Below, in pieces: positions 1 to 9,374 of a stretch of 55,606 nt of DNA; positions within the stretch are counted from its first letter, which is position 1, and each line of letters starts with the position of its first letter. The translations under genes were made by a program, and so were the position numbers. Under the pieces are notes generated by a model. The model did not search any database, had not been told where the DNA came from, and worked only from the letters and a program-made list of their open reading frames with translations. This stretch comes from Lachnospiraceae bacterium (GTDB lineage: Bacteria; Bacillota; Clostridia; Lachnospirales; Lachnospiraceae): NCBI GenBank assembly GCA_022797995.1, contig JAAWLQ010000001.1, positions 1 to 55,606 on the forward strand, read 5' to 3'.

Positions 1-2
1 TC

Positions 3-239
3 AGCTTCTCCACCTATCCTGACGGAATCTTTCAGGGGACGGCAAGATTTCTACTCTACAATATCATCCCGGTAGGTATGGCAATTTATCAGCCCATTCA
101 TATCATGATAGAATTCGACGGGAGAAGTCTGCTTATCGTGCTGGGTTATGCCGCTCTGCTAACTGCTGCAGCAGTTTTCGTATTCTATCGGGGGCTGAGA
201 CGTTATTCCTCCAGCAATCTGATGGAGGTACGGCAGTAA
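3..239 (+). CDS. ABC-2 family (DUF990-like) transporter permease, 3' partial
   Basis: Manual translation from nt 3 gives SFSTYPDGIFQGTARFLLYNIIPVGMAIYQP...VFYRGLRRYSSSNLMEVRQ*. The YP..IF, IIP and RRYSS motifs match the permease at 15606-16424. Confidence 0.8.
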   Translation, partial: SFSTYPDGIFQGTARFLLYNIIPVGMAIYQPIHIMIEFDGRSLLIVLGYAALLTAAAVFVFYRGLRRYSSSNLMEVRQ

Positions 240-280
240 TGCCTTCGCGGCTGACCACACCGCCACAGATGGAAAGTAAC

Positions 281-309
281 TTGACCTGAAACTTAGTTTC
301 TTTTATAAT
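281..309 (+). promoter_or_regulatory. sigma70/SigA-type promoter for the LytTR gene
   Basis: TTGACC(281-286)-17 bp-TATAAT(304-309). Confidence 0.6.
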
Positions 310-376
310 GGCCTTTGTTACAGCAGTTCATGTATGCCGGAACATCCGGCCGCGGAAGAAAAGGAGACTGTCCACA

Positions 377-1087
377 ATGTACATTTCAATCTGTGACGAT
401 GAACCCCGGGAAACAGAATATCTCTCCTCTCTGGTGTCGAAATGGAGCAGGTTATCTGGATATCTCTGTGAAATAAAAACCTTTCCCTCCGCGGAAGCTT
501 TCCTCTTCTCTTACGAGGAGAACCGCATCTGCGATATTCTCCTGCTGGATGTGGAAATGAGTGGAATTTCAGGTGTGGAGCTGGCCAAACATATCCGGGA
601 AGATAAAAGTCGGACCGAAATTATCTTCATCACTTCCCACACGGAATTTATCGGCGAAGGATACGAAGTGGACGCTCTGCACTATCTGGTCAAGCCTGTC
701 GCCGGAGACCGGCTGATGCCGGTGCTCTCCAAAGCGGCCGGGCGGCTTTCAGTTGAACCGCCCTCTGTGGTCATCACCTGTGAACATGAGACAGTCAAGC
801 TGTATGAGGCGGATATTCTGTATGTGGAAGCCTTTCTGCATTATATCTCCATCCATACGGCGACACGGGAATACAGGATCAAAGAAAATATATCCTCCTT
901 TGCCGCCCGGCTCAGTCAGGACTTTTTCCGCATTCACCGTTCCTATCTGGTCTCTCTGAAATATGTCACCAGAATTTCCCGCACTTCCGTTACCCTGGAA
1001 GGCAGCTCGGCGGAAGAAAATGTCACGCTCCCACTGGCCAGAGGAAAGTATGACGAAATCAATCGGGCTTTTATTAACCGGAATTGA
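377..1087 (+). CDS. LytTR-family DNA-binding response regulator (AgrA/LytR-like)
   Basis: Receiver motifs ICDDE, LLDVEM and YLVKP; LytTR motif FFRIHRSYLV. AAGGAG RBS precedes ATG 377. Confidence 0.93.
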   Translation: MYISICDDEPRETEYLSSLVSKWSRLSGYLCEIKTFPSAEAFLFSYEENRICDILLLDVEMSGISGVELAKHIREDKSRTEIIFITSHTEFIGEGYEVDALHYLVKPVAGDRLMPVLSKAAGRLSVEPPSVVITCEHETVKLYEADILYVEAFLHYISIHTATREYRIKENISSFAARLSQDFFRIHRSYLVSLKYVTRISRTSVTLEGSSAEENVTLPLARGKYDEINRAFINRN

Positions 1088-1265
1088 GCTGGAATAAGTT
1101 TTTCTACAATGCCCCATCACTTCGGGGTCCGGAACCTGTTTCTACACCGTAATTGCAGCAATCACCGTTGCTGTTCACAGGTGGTTCCGCGAAGGTATTT
1201 TTATGCGCTTTTTGCATAAAAACCCGAGACAGCTTGCGCCGCAACTTTCTCAAAAATACATATTC

Positions 1266-1294
1266 TTGTCAAACCTCTGCAGTTAAGGTATAAT
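1266..1294 (+). promoter_or_regulatory. sigma70-type promoter inside the LytTR-GHKL intergenic gap
   Basis: TTGTCA(1266-1271)-17 bp-TATAAT(1289-1294). Confidence 0.55.
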
Positions 1295-1417
1295 TTGTAC
1301 TTACGAACGAAAACAATTGCCAATCTAAATGTATAACGAGTGGACGCTCCTATAATGCTGATGTGGTAAGCGGCAGTTAAATGCATTCACGAGTATAAAG
1401 TACAATGATAACAACAG

Positions 1418-2122
1418 GTGAAAGCCTGTCAAACTGTTGCCTGTATAGCCCTTTGTAAACGGTGCCTTCCTATGAGAAAGAAAACCTATCTGAAGCTAAT
1501 AGAATATCAGACAGAACAGTCCAGACAGCATCTGGGCGAGGTGCAGAGTATCTACAGAGAAATGCGGGGATACAAGCACGATTTTCATCATCATCTGCAG
1601 ACCCTGAAAGGACAGCTGGAAGCCGGGGAAACTGACCGGGCACTCGCCTATCTGGACGAGCTGGACAATCAGCTGCTGAATGTGGATACTTTACTGAAAA
1701 CGGGGAATATCTCCCTGGACGCCATCCTGTCCGCAAAAATCGCACAGGCCAAAGCCGCACAGATTTCTGTCACAGTAAAGGCAAACGTCCCCGACAGGCT
1801 CCTTCTCTCCGACCTGGAGCTCAGCATCATTACCGGCAATCTGCTGGACAATGCCATCGAAGCCTGTATGGAAGTCAGGGGAGAGCGCTTTATCCGCATC
1901 TTCATGGGTATGAAGGGGAAGATGCTCTACTTTTCCATGCTGAATTCTTCCGGTGCCAAAATCCATAAAGCCGGCAGTCTGTTCTCCTCCCGAAAAAGTG
2001 GCTTCCACGGTTTCGGACTGCGCCGGGCGGAGGCCATTCTGGAAGAACACGGGGGCTGGTGCAAGTACAACAGCGAAGATGGCGCGTTTACCTCAGAATT
2101 CCTGGTGCCGGCTGTAAAATAA
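1418..2122 (+). CDS. GHKL (HATPase_c_5) histidine kinase, AgrC/VirS-like, without a clear sensor/TM domain
   Basis: H-box KHDFHHHL, N-box GNLLDNAIEA, G-box HGFGL. The start is uncertain (GTG 1418 or ATG 1472; no good RBS). Confidence 0.85.
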   Translation: MKACQTVACIALCKRCLPMRKKTYLKLIEYQTEQSRQHLGEVQSIYREMRGYKHDFHHHLQTLKGQLEAGETDRALAYLDELDNQLLNVDTLLKTGNISLDAILSAKIAQAKAAQISVTVKANVPDRLLLSDLELSIITGNLLDNAIEACMEVRGERFIRIFMGMKGKMLYFSMLNSSGAKIHKAGSLFSSRKSGFHGFGLRRAEAILEEHGGWCKYNSEDGAFTSEFLVPAVK

Positions 2123-2152
2123 TGCCTTACTTCCGAATTTCTAATGCCGGCT
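2090..2152 (+). repeat. Diverged in-frame tandem copy of the GHKL 3' end (39-bp period)
   Basis: 2090-2113 ACCTCAGAATTCCTGGTGCCGGCT vs 2129-2152 ACTTCCGAATTTCTAATGCCGGCT: 19/24 identical, TSEFLVPA vs TSEFLMPA. Confidence 0.7.
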
Positions 2153-2202
2153 CGAAATACTTCTTTGTTCCTGAGATTACGGGGTATTGTACAATATATT
2201 TC

Positions 2203-2958
2203 TCAATTGTGCTTCTCTAATCGTGCAATCTGCTTCTCCCAGGTCTTCTCCGTCTGCATTCTCAGGAAATCCCGAAGCGGATCGAGATCCTGCACAGAAT
2301 CCCATGCTTCCAACGCGGTATAATATGCCAGACGATCTTCCTCATGAATGATAACCGGCGGATGGTTATGCAGAATCAGGAAATAATTCATGGCCAGCCT
2401 GCCAGCTCTGCCATTTCCGTCAGCAAAAGGGTGAATATTCTCAAACTTTGCATGGAAATATGCCGCCGCAGTCAATGCATCCGCCTCTTTTACATCCGTC
2501 AGCTCGGAAAGCAATTCTTTCATTTCCTCCGCCACATCCTCCGGAGCCGCTCCTATTTCTTCTCTTCCGGTCACATAATCATGGTGCTTGTACTCTCCCG
2601 GACGCTCCCCCAGCTGCCATCTGCGCGTGTCATAGGTATTTTGTGTCAGACATTTCTGGAATTCTTTTATCAATTCTTCATCAAGGTCTCGCTTCTCTCC
2701 GAATGCAGTCAGCCACAGCTCATTGGCATCTCTCGCATTCCGAATCTCAAATAGAGTCCGCAAATCTCCTGTATAAGAAGTAACCCCATCATGCTCGAAG
2801 ATTTCCCGGGTATCATGATAGGTAATGTTTGCATTTTCCAGTTTCCCGGAATGATATGCATAGGCGATACTATGTCCGTTTAAGGCTTCCGCCAGTTCCG
2901 CGTCTGTGGTAATCTGCTTCTGCTGCCACAGTGCAATCGCTTTTTCGTATTTTGTCAT
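2203..2958 (-). CDS. Fic/DOC family protein (putative AMPylase, class II auto-inhibited type)
   Basis: Canonical Fic motif HPFADGNGRAGR. N-terminal SGKLEN fits the (S/T)xxxE(G/N) inhibitory motif. Start placed at MTKYEK after GGAGAGGAG (the ORF extends to 3003). Confidence 0.92.
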   Translation of the reverse strand: MTKYEKAIALWQQKQITTDAELAEALNGHSIAYAYHSGKLENANITYHDTREIFEHDGVTSYTGDLRTLFEIRNARDANELWLTAFGEKRDLDEELIKEFQKCLTQNTYDTRRWQLGERPGEYKHHDYVTGREEIGAAPEDVAEEMKELLSELTDVKEADALTAAAYFHAKFENIHPFADGNGRAGRLAMNYFLILHNHPPVIIHEEDRLAYYTALEAWDSVQDLDPLRDFLRMQTEKTWEKQIARLEKHN

Positions 2959-3107
2959 CCTGTCATGCTCCTCTCCGCATCCATCCCGTAAAACTGTGGC
3001 CATCCTTTTTCGTTTTTAACCATTTATATTCATTGATTCCTTCACATTAATAACTATTCCTATTCTTTCCACTTGACTGATTTTACCACACAAATGTACA
3101 TTTTACT

Positions 3108-3147
3108 ATAGAATTTTGATAATAGAATCTGTACTTGATTCTATTAT
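3108..3147. repeat. Intergenic palindromic element, copy A
   Basis: ATAATAGAATC-TGTACTT-GATTCTATTAT (3119-3147). 3108-3129 is the exact reverse complement of 46496-46517. Confidence 0.75.
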
Positions 3148-3157
3148 ACATTTCCCG

Positions 3158-3223
3158 CAATTCATGCCCCGCCAGGAACAATTCGTGCACAGATTGTCTT
3201 TTCCCGGTAATCTGCGGTAAAAT
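3158..3223 (+). promoter_or_regulatory. Putative LytTR binding site and -10 element for the ABC exporter pair
   Basis: CAATTCATGC(3158-3167) and CAATTCGTGC(3179-3188) repeat with the 21-bp period typical of LytTR boxes; TAAAAT at 3218-3223. Confidence 0.6.
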
Positions 3224-3253
3224 AGGGATAAGATTTTTAAGGAGAAAAAACTC

Positions 3254-5128
3254 ATGAGAGAAACAAATAAAAAAATACTAAAAACGAAAAAGCAAAAAAT
3301 AAAGCCCTACCGCTCCGCCCTGAGCAATGCTCTCTGGAGCTTTCACAGCATTTTAAAGGATTCGCCGCTTTTCTTCCTGCTGATGGTGCTGGAAATTCCC
3401 CTGAATATCTGTCTCTCCTACACGGAAATCTACTTGCCATCCCTTGTGGTGGCAGAAGTCACAGGCCGTGCATCCCTGATGCATGCCGCCATTCAGGTAG
3501 GTACCGTCATTCTGGTGATGCTGATTGCGGGTTCTCTGCATACCTTTTTAGATGAAGTGTCCCAGGCCTATCTGTCGGAATACCGCTTTAAAAGGCAGAT
3601 CGATGTGGACAGAAAGTCGCTGAACTGCTTTTATCAGACCTATGAGCAGAAGGAAATCCGAGATCTCAGTGAGCGTGCCGCCCGGGCGACCCAGATGTGG
3701 GACATGGTTCAGCCGGTATCCGATGTGCCCAGGCGCAGTTTGAAGCTGATAGAGAATGTGCTCAGCTACCTGCTCTTCGGCTCGGTGATCGCCTTCGTCT
3801 CCCCTTACCTTGTGCCCATTCTCACCATTGCTCCCGTGGTGAACTGGCTCTGCGCCCGGGCCTACCGTAACTGGGAATATGCCCACAGAGAGCAATGGAC
3901 TGATATAGACAACAGATTGTGGTATGTTCAGAGCGAGACGGCCAATTTCGCGGCGGCAAAAGACATTCGTATCTATGGCATGGCAGGATGGTTCCGCCAG
4001 GTTTATAAAGACCTGTCAAAAAGCCGCTCCGGCTGGGACAAAAAGCTGATACGGAGAAGCTTTCTCTCCCGCATCGCTGACCTCTTTGTTATTCTGCTCC
4101 GGGACGGCGCCGCCTATGCACTACTGATTCAGATGACGCTGGCCGGAGATATCACAGTGGATAAATTTCTTCTGTATTTTTCCGCTATCTCCATGTTCGC
4201 CTCCTTCATCGGCAACATCATGAACGAGTGGAACGGTATCCGCTCTACCAGTCTGGCAGTCTGCGATTATCACAAATACCTTGATCTGCCCGAGCAGGAC
4301 GGGACCGGAGAGGCAGATGTGACAAAACATGTAAAAACGGCTCCGGAAATCACCTTTGATCATGTGTCCTTCCGCTATGAAGGAGCCGAAGAGGATACTT
4401 TGCAGGATATCAGCTTTACCGTAAAGCCCGGAGAAAAAATCGCCCTGGTAGGTCTGAACGGCGCCGGGAAAACTACACTGGTAAAGCTCCTGTGCGGACT
4501 GTATCTCCCGACCAGAGGAGATATCAGAATCAACGGCGTCTCCTTCCGGAAATTCCATCGCAGGGATTATTACCGCCTGTTCTCCCCTGTCTTCCAGGAT
4601 GTGCAGACCGGATTCTTCTCCCTTGCGGAGACGGTCTCCGGGCAGATTGGCAAGGATATGGATTTCCACCGGGCGGAGCACTGCATGCGACTGGCCGGAC
4701 TGGGTGACAAGCTGGATTCTCTGCCGAAGGGGATTCATTCACGGCTGGATAAGCAAATCTATGCCGACGGCATCGAACTGTCCGGCGGCGAGGTCCAGAA
4801 GCTGATGCTTGCCCGGGCGCTTTACAAGGATGCCCCCATCCTGGTGCTGGATGAACCTACCGCCGCACTGGACCCCCTTTCCGAGAACCGGATTTACCTG
4901 CAGTATCAGGATATGACCCGCTCAAAGACCTCCCTCTTCATCTCCCACAGACTGGCCTCCACCCAGTTCTGTGACAGAATACTCTACCTGAAAGAGGGCC
5001 GCATTGCCGAGGAGGGAACCCACGACGAGCTGCTGGCTCTGGGAGGAGAATATGCACGCCTGTATGAAATGCAGAGCTGCTGGTACCAGGAAGATTATAT
5101 CCCTTCTGAAAATGAGGTCATACAGTAA
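3254..5128 (+). CDS. ABC exporter, fused TMD + ATP-binding subunit
   Basis: Hydrophobic N-half; Walker A GLNGAGKT, signature LSGGE, Walker B LVLDEPT, ISHRL. Confidence 0.93.
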   Translation: MRETNKKILKTKKQKIKPYRSALSNALWSFHSILKDSPLFFLLMVLEIPLNICLSYTEIYLPSLVVAEVTGRASLMHAAIQVGTVILVMLIAGSLHTFLDEVSQAYLSEYRFKRQIDVDRKSLNCFYQTYEQKEIRDLSERAARATQMWDMVQPVSDVPRRSLKLIENVLSYLLFGSVIAFVSPYLVPILTIAPVVNWLCARAYRNWEYAHREQWTDIDNRLWYVQSETANFAAAKDIRIYGMAGWFRQVYKDLSKSRSGWDKKLIRRSFLSRIADLFVILLRDGAAYALLIQMTLAGDITVDKFLLYFSAISMFASFIGNIMNEWNGIRSTSLAVCDYHKYLDLPEQDGTGEADVTKHVKTAPEITFDHVSFRYEGAEEDTLQDISFTVKPGEKIALVGLNGAGKTTLVKLLCGLYLPTRGDIRINGVSFRKFHRRDYYRLFSPVFQDVQTGFFSLAETVSGQIGKDMDFHRAEHCMRLAGLGDKLDSLPKGIHSRLDKQIYADGIELSGGEVQKLMLARALYKDAPILVLDEPTAALDPLSENRIYLQYQDMTRSKTSLFISHRLASTQFCDRILYLKEGRIAEEGTHDELLALGGEYARLYEMQSCWYQEDYIPSENEVIQ

Positions 5129-5146
5129 TTTTAAGTAAGGAAGGAA

Positions 5147-6982
5147 ATGAAACGAGGAGAACCTACCATGAAATTCTCAGAACATATACAACTATCCAAA
5201 AGAGCCCTTAAATACCTTTTTACTCTGAGCAAAAGCTATGCTTCCTGCCTTATCCTGAGCGCAGTGCTGAAAAGCCTGCTGCCCTATGTGCCTATTTACT
5301 TCTCGGCCCGGCTGATTGACGCCCTGTACGGAGGACAGCCTGTGGAGCGCCTGACGCTTTACGTCCTGCTCACAGTGGGCCTTGTCTTCGTTTTAAGCCT
5401 TGCCGGCGCCTATCTGTCTTCCAGACGGAGCATTCTGTCCAATGAACTGTATCGAAATGAAGAATGGATGTTCTCCGAGAAAGCCATGCAGATGGCTTAT
5501 TCCTCCATAGAAGATCCGAAAGTAACACTTCTGCGGGAAAGAATTGCCATGGAGACCCAGACGGGTTACAATCTCTATCGAATCATTTCCTGTACGGAAG
5601 ACGGAATTTACTATCTTACCAGGATTGTATTGTCCTGCTCAATGACACTGCCACTTTTCCTCTTAAAAGAGATTTCCCCATCTCTGAAGCTGGCTCTTGT
5701 GGGCGGTATCTTCCTCATCGTGGCCTGGGATATCTTCTCCAATCAAAAAAGTGAGAAAATCTCCAACCAGTTTTTTGAAGCGGGTGTCAAAATGAATGTA
5801 TTTGGAGGAAAATACTACCGCTATATGGAGCACTACAGCAGCGGCAAAGATATCCGCCTTTATGACATGGCAGACAGTCTGTTGGATTTTAATGTAAAGA
5901 CAGTATATGAATATAATAAAGATATGATGAAACAGGAGACAAAAATAGCGGCACTGAAAGCGGCAGCTGTAATTTTGAATCATATCCTGCGATTCGGCGT
6001 CTATCTCATGCTGATTCGCGCCGCGCTTTCAGGCGGCGTCACTGTCGGTTCCATCGCCCAATACGTGTCCTGTATCCTGTTGCTGCTGACTGCCAATTCC
6101 GGATTGATATCCGTGGTTCAAAAAGCCCTTCTGAACCACGAACATCTGAAACGCTATTTTTCCTATTTTGACATACCGAACCCCATGTACCAGGGTTCTC
6201 TGACTGTGGAAAAAAGGGATGACAACGAATACTTTGTGGAATTCCGGGACGTATCCTTCCGGTATCCGAATACAGAAAATTATGCCCTCCGTCATGTAAA
6301 CCTGAAATTCAAAATCGGGGAAAAGCTGGCGGTAGTAGGCGTGAACGGCAGCGGCAAAACCACCTTCATCAAGCTGATGTGCCGCCTGTATGACCCCACG
6401 GAGGGAGAAATCCTGCTGAACGGCGTCAATATCAAAAAATACGATTATGACGAATATATGTCCATCTTCTCCATTGTCTTCCAGGACTTCCGCCTCTTTG
6501 GCTTCCGTCTGGGAGAAAATGTGGCCGCGGAGCCTCAGTATGATGCCGAAAAGGCGGCCCGTTGTCTTTGTCAGGCCGGCTTCGGAGAGCGCCTCGCTTC
6601 CATGCCGGATGGCGTGGACAGCTACCTTTATAAGAGCTTCGACGGAAGCGGCGTGGAGATATCCGGCGGGGAAGGCCAGAAAATCGCTCTGGCCAGAGCC
6701 CTCTACAAGGACGCTCCCTTCCTGATTCTGGATGAACCCACCTCCGCGCTGGACCCTGTCTCGGAATACGAGGTCTACAGCAAGTTTAACGAAATCGCCG
6801 GAGATAAAACCGCCATCTACATCAGCCACCGTCTGGCCTCCTGCCGCTTCTGCGACAAGATAGCCGTATTCGACGGCGGAGAAATCATACAGACCGGCAG
6901 TCATGATACCTTGATTGCTCAGGAAAGCGGCAAATATCATGAGCTCTGGCAGGCTCAGGCCCAGTATTATGTCCGCAGGTAG
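5147..6982 (+). CDS. ABC exporter, fused TMD + ATP-binding subunit (probable heterodimer partner)
   Basis: GVNGSGKT, ISGGE, LILDEPT, ISHRL. Start may be ATG 5168. Confidence 0.93.
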   Translation: MKRGEPTMKFSEHIQLSKRALKYLFTLSKSYASCLILSAVLKSLLPYVPIYFSARLIDALYGGQPVERLTLYVLLTVGLVFVLSLAGAYLSSRRSILSNELYRNEEWMFSEKAMQMAYSSIEDPKVTLLRERIAMETQTGYNLYRIISCTEDGIYYLTRIVLSCSMTLPLFLLKEISPSLKLALVGGIFLIVAWDIFSNQKSEKISNQFFEAGVKMNVFGGKYYRYMEHYSSGKDIRLYDMADSLLDFNVKTVYEYNKDMMKQETKIAALKAAAVILNHILRFGVYLMLIRAALSGGVTVGSIAQYVSCILLLLTANSGLISVVQKALLNHEHLKRYFSYFDIPNPMYQGSLTVEKRDDNEYFVEFRDVSFRYPNTENYALRHVNLKFKIGEKLAVVGVNGSGKTTFIKLMCRLYDPTEGEILLNGVNIKKYDYDEYMSIFSIVFQDFRLFGFRLGENVAAEPQYDAEKAARCLCQAGFGERLASMPDGVDSYLYKSFDGSGVEISGGEGQKIALARALYKDAPFLILDEPTSALDPVSEYEVYSKFNEIAGDKTAIYISHRLASCRFCDKIAVFDGGEIIQTGSHDTLIAQESGKYHELWQAQAQYYVRR

Positions 6983-7106
6983 TTTGCATATAGTATCAAC
7001 TGCTAAACCTTACAGCATCTTGCTACTCCCATAAGGCTCGATTTTCCCCGCGAAGGATTGCCTGCAAATGTGCTTGTCGTATCCAACCTGGCAAATGCAT
7101 CATTGT

Positions 7107-9374
7107 TTACAAAATTGTGTCATCCCGCAGGGCTTCCACCAGACTGAGCCTGAGCACCCTGCGGCCACCGATCCCATAGGCCAGCGCCACACAGCCGAAG
7201 GCTGCCAGAAGAAACAGAGTACAGGGCAACACCGGCGCCTTCGCCAGAAAGATACCGATTTCCAGATGACTTGCCGTAACCATGGCACCTGTAAACAGCA
7301 CTGTCAGAACCAGTGAAAACAGCATGGGACGGCCTGCCAGAACCAAAGCTTCGATGCGGAACATTTTCCGGATTCCCTCCGGTGTCAGTCCCACAGACAG
7401 ATACCGGGCGAATTCCCGCTTTCTCCTGCGCAAAAATCCCAGAGTATTGGCAAACACATTGGCAATTCCAATGATGGCAATCAACACACAGAATGCCCCC
7501 AATATCAGCATATAGCCATCTATCATTTTATCGTTATCAAGCTTCTCCCGGATGCGGTTCTCGCTCTCTGTCTCATACTTTCCGCTGAGAATCCCTCCGA
7601 TTTCCGCTTCCAGCCTGTCCAGAGAAGCAAGCTCTGTCCGCTCCTCGGCCAATACCCGGACAAAGGTATCCCGCTGCGTTCCACCGATGTGTCCTGCAAT
7701 CTCCTTCCAGGCAGACAGAGAGATAAACTGCACCAACTCGGAATTATCCACTGTTGCATACTCCTCCCGCAACACAGGCTCCTGCATCGTGCAGGCTATA
7801 ACCGGAAGCTCTGCCGTGGAAATTCCGTTTTCTGCATCCTCAACCCCTGTTATCTGTCCGGTGTTCTGCAGCATTACTGTCTCTATCCCTTCTCTCACAT
7901 AGCGAACATATTCCCTGGCCCGGAAATTACTGTTTTTACTGTCCCAGAACTGATTCAGCAGGATGCACCCGTCCAGCCGGGCAGGCACGCCGATCTGTTC
8001 ACAGTATCTCTCGAAGCTTTGGTCATCCAGGATGACCAAAGGCGCCGGAATCAACAGAAAGCCTTCCTCTGCCCTCACGGAGCCTCCCGTAAAAGACTGG
8101 GGCCCTCCCAGCGCTGACAGTTCCTCACTGATCTCCCCTTCCGGCAATCTGCATACAGCCTGCGCTTTCTGATAAACCACCGTATCCTCCGCTCCGGGCA
8201 GCGCTTTCAGCGCCTCCGTTTCTCCAAATGCTTCTATCCCCGTATCCTTCACTGTCACCATAATGTCCCAGACATCCTGATATCTTGCAAAGTAAGTCTG
8301 TTCCGTACTGATTCCCATCAGCGTAAAGGTATTCTCCATAATCAGGAAGCCCAGAAAAGCAAGGGTCAGAGACAGACTGGTTGTACGCAGGGCTTTCTTC
8401 TGGGCCCGCAGTGCGTTTCCCGCCAGCTCTCCTTCCATCCCGAACAGCAGGGAAAGCAGTCTGGAATGTTTCCGGGTTAAAGGTCCTTTTCCCGCTTTCA
8501 GCTGGAACTCTCCCGTTCCCCGGATGGCTTCCAGCGGCGTCATCCTGCTCAGCTTCCTGGCCGGCAGCCATGCCGAGAGAAGTACCGTAAAAAGTGACAG
8601 CAGAAATATAAAGGCCAGAACCGCCGGATTCAGCTGAAAAGCAATCTCTCTTCCTCCCGCCAACTGTTCCGTTATCAGGCTCATGGCCCGCAAAGTCCCA
8701 TAACAGGCCGCCGTTCCCGAAAGTATTCCGCCCAGAATCGGCGCCAGGGATAGCACAAGGGCCTCCTGTACCAGGCAGATTCTGATCTGTCCCGGCGTTG
8801 CTCCGATACTGGAAAAAATCCCGAACTGGTGAATTCTGTCCCCCATGGACACAGCGAAGGAATTGTGGATAATCAATATCAGAGAAAAACAGACTACCGC
8901 CACAATGGCCAGATAGAGCGGCATAATCATCCGCGGCTTCGTATCCCCGGGAATGCGGATGAAATACAACGACAGCAGCTGGTAATTATAGTCCGCCGCA
9001 CTCTCTTCCAATCCCAGTCTGTCCAGCAGTGCCAGCATATCCCTGTATACCGTTCTTTTATTCTGAAAATAGATGTCCAGTACCGTCCCCTGTTCTCCTG
9101 TTAGCTCTTCATTGATAGCCGCACTTTCCACATTGGGAAATTGATTCACTGTCAGCAGATCTTCTGCGCTGAAATCTCCCACAATACGCCCCTGCCAGCC
9201 TCCTCCGAATTCCTGCTTTGCAGCCTCGATGTTGTCCAGCCAGAAGTGATAGAACAGGCCGCAGAGCCAGGCCAGGAACAGCGCCGCTATGAAGGAAGCC
9301 GCCATGACTGAGATACCGGAGGCACGATTATTTTTGATATACCCTGACGAATAATCCTTCCACATATGCCTCAC
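7107..9374 (-). CDS. FtsX-like (MacB-type) ABC transporter permease
   Basis: Two FtsX-type blocks (RIHQFGIFSSIGAT...QI; RKREFARYLSVGLT...GI) with large extracellular loops. Confidence 0.9.
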   Translation of the reverse strand: MRHMWKDYSSGYIKNNRASGISVMAASFIAALFLAWLCGLFYHFWLDNIEAAKQEFGGGWQGRIVGDFSAEDLLTVNQFPNVESAAINEELTGEQGTVLDIYFQNKRTVYRDMLALLDRLGLEESAADYNYQLLSLYFIRIPGDTKPRMIMPLYLAIVAVVCFSLILIIHNSFAVSMGDRIHQFGIFSSIGATPGQIRICLVQEALVLSLAPILGGILSGTAACYGTLRAMSLITEQLAGGREIAFQLNPAVLAFIFLLSLFTVLLSAWLPARKLSRMTPLEAIRGTGEFQLKAGKGPLTRKHSRLLSLLFGMEGELAGNALRAQKKALRTTSLSLTLAFLGFLIMENTFTLMGISTEQTYFARYQDVWDIMVTVKDTGIEAFGETEALKALPGAEDTVVYQKAQAVCRLPEGEISEELSALGGPQSFTGGSVRAEEGFLLIPAPLVILDDQSFERYCEQIGVPARLDGCILLNQFWDSKNSNFRAREYVRYVREGIETVMLQNTGQITGVEDAENGISTAELPVIACTMQEPVLREEYATVDNSELVQFISLSAWKEIAGHIGGTQRDTFVRVLAEERTELASLDRLEAEIGGILSGKYETESENRIREKLDNDKMIDGYMLILGAFCVLIAIIGIANVFANTLGFLRRRKREFARYLSVGLTPEGIRKMFRIEALVLAGRPMLFSLVLTVLFTGAMVTASHLEIGIFLAKAPVLPCTLFLLAAFGCVALAYGIGGRRVLRLSLVEALRDDTIL

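Noticed and set aside
1177-1230. GGTGGTTCCGCG resembling a T-box antiterminator core
   Set aside because: The conserved ACC is TCC, I can see no Stem I or specifier loop, and the downstream gene is not amino-acid related.
6029-6940. 303-aa antisense ORF
   Set aside because: Shadow of the ABC NBD gene on the opposite strand; no motifs or RBS.
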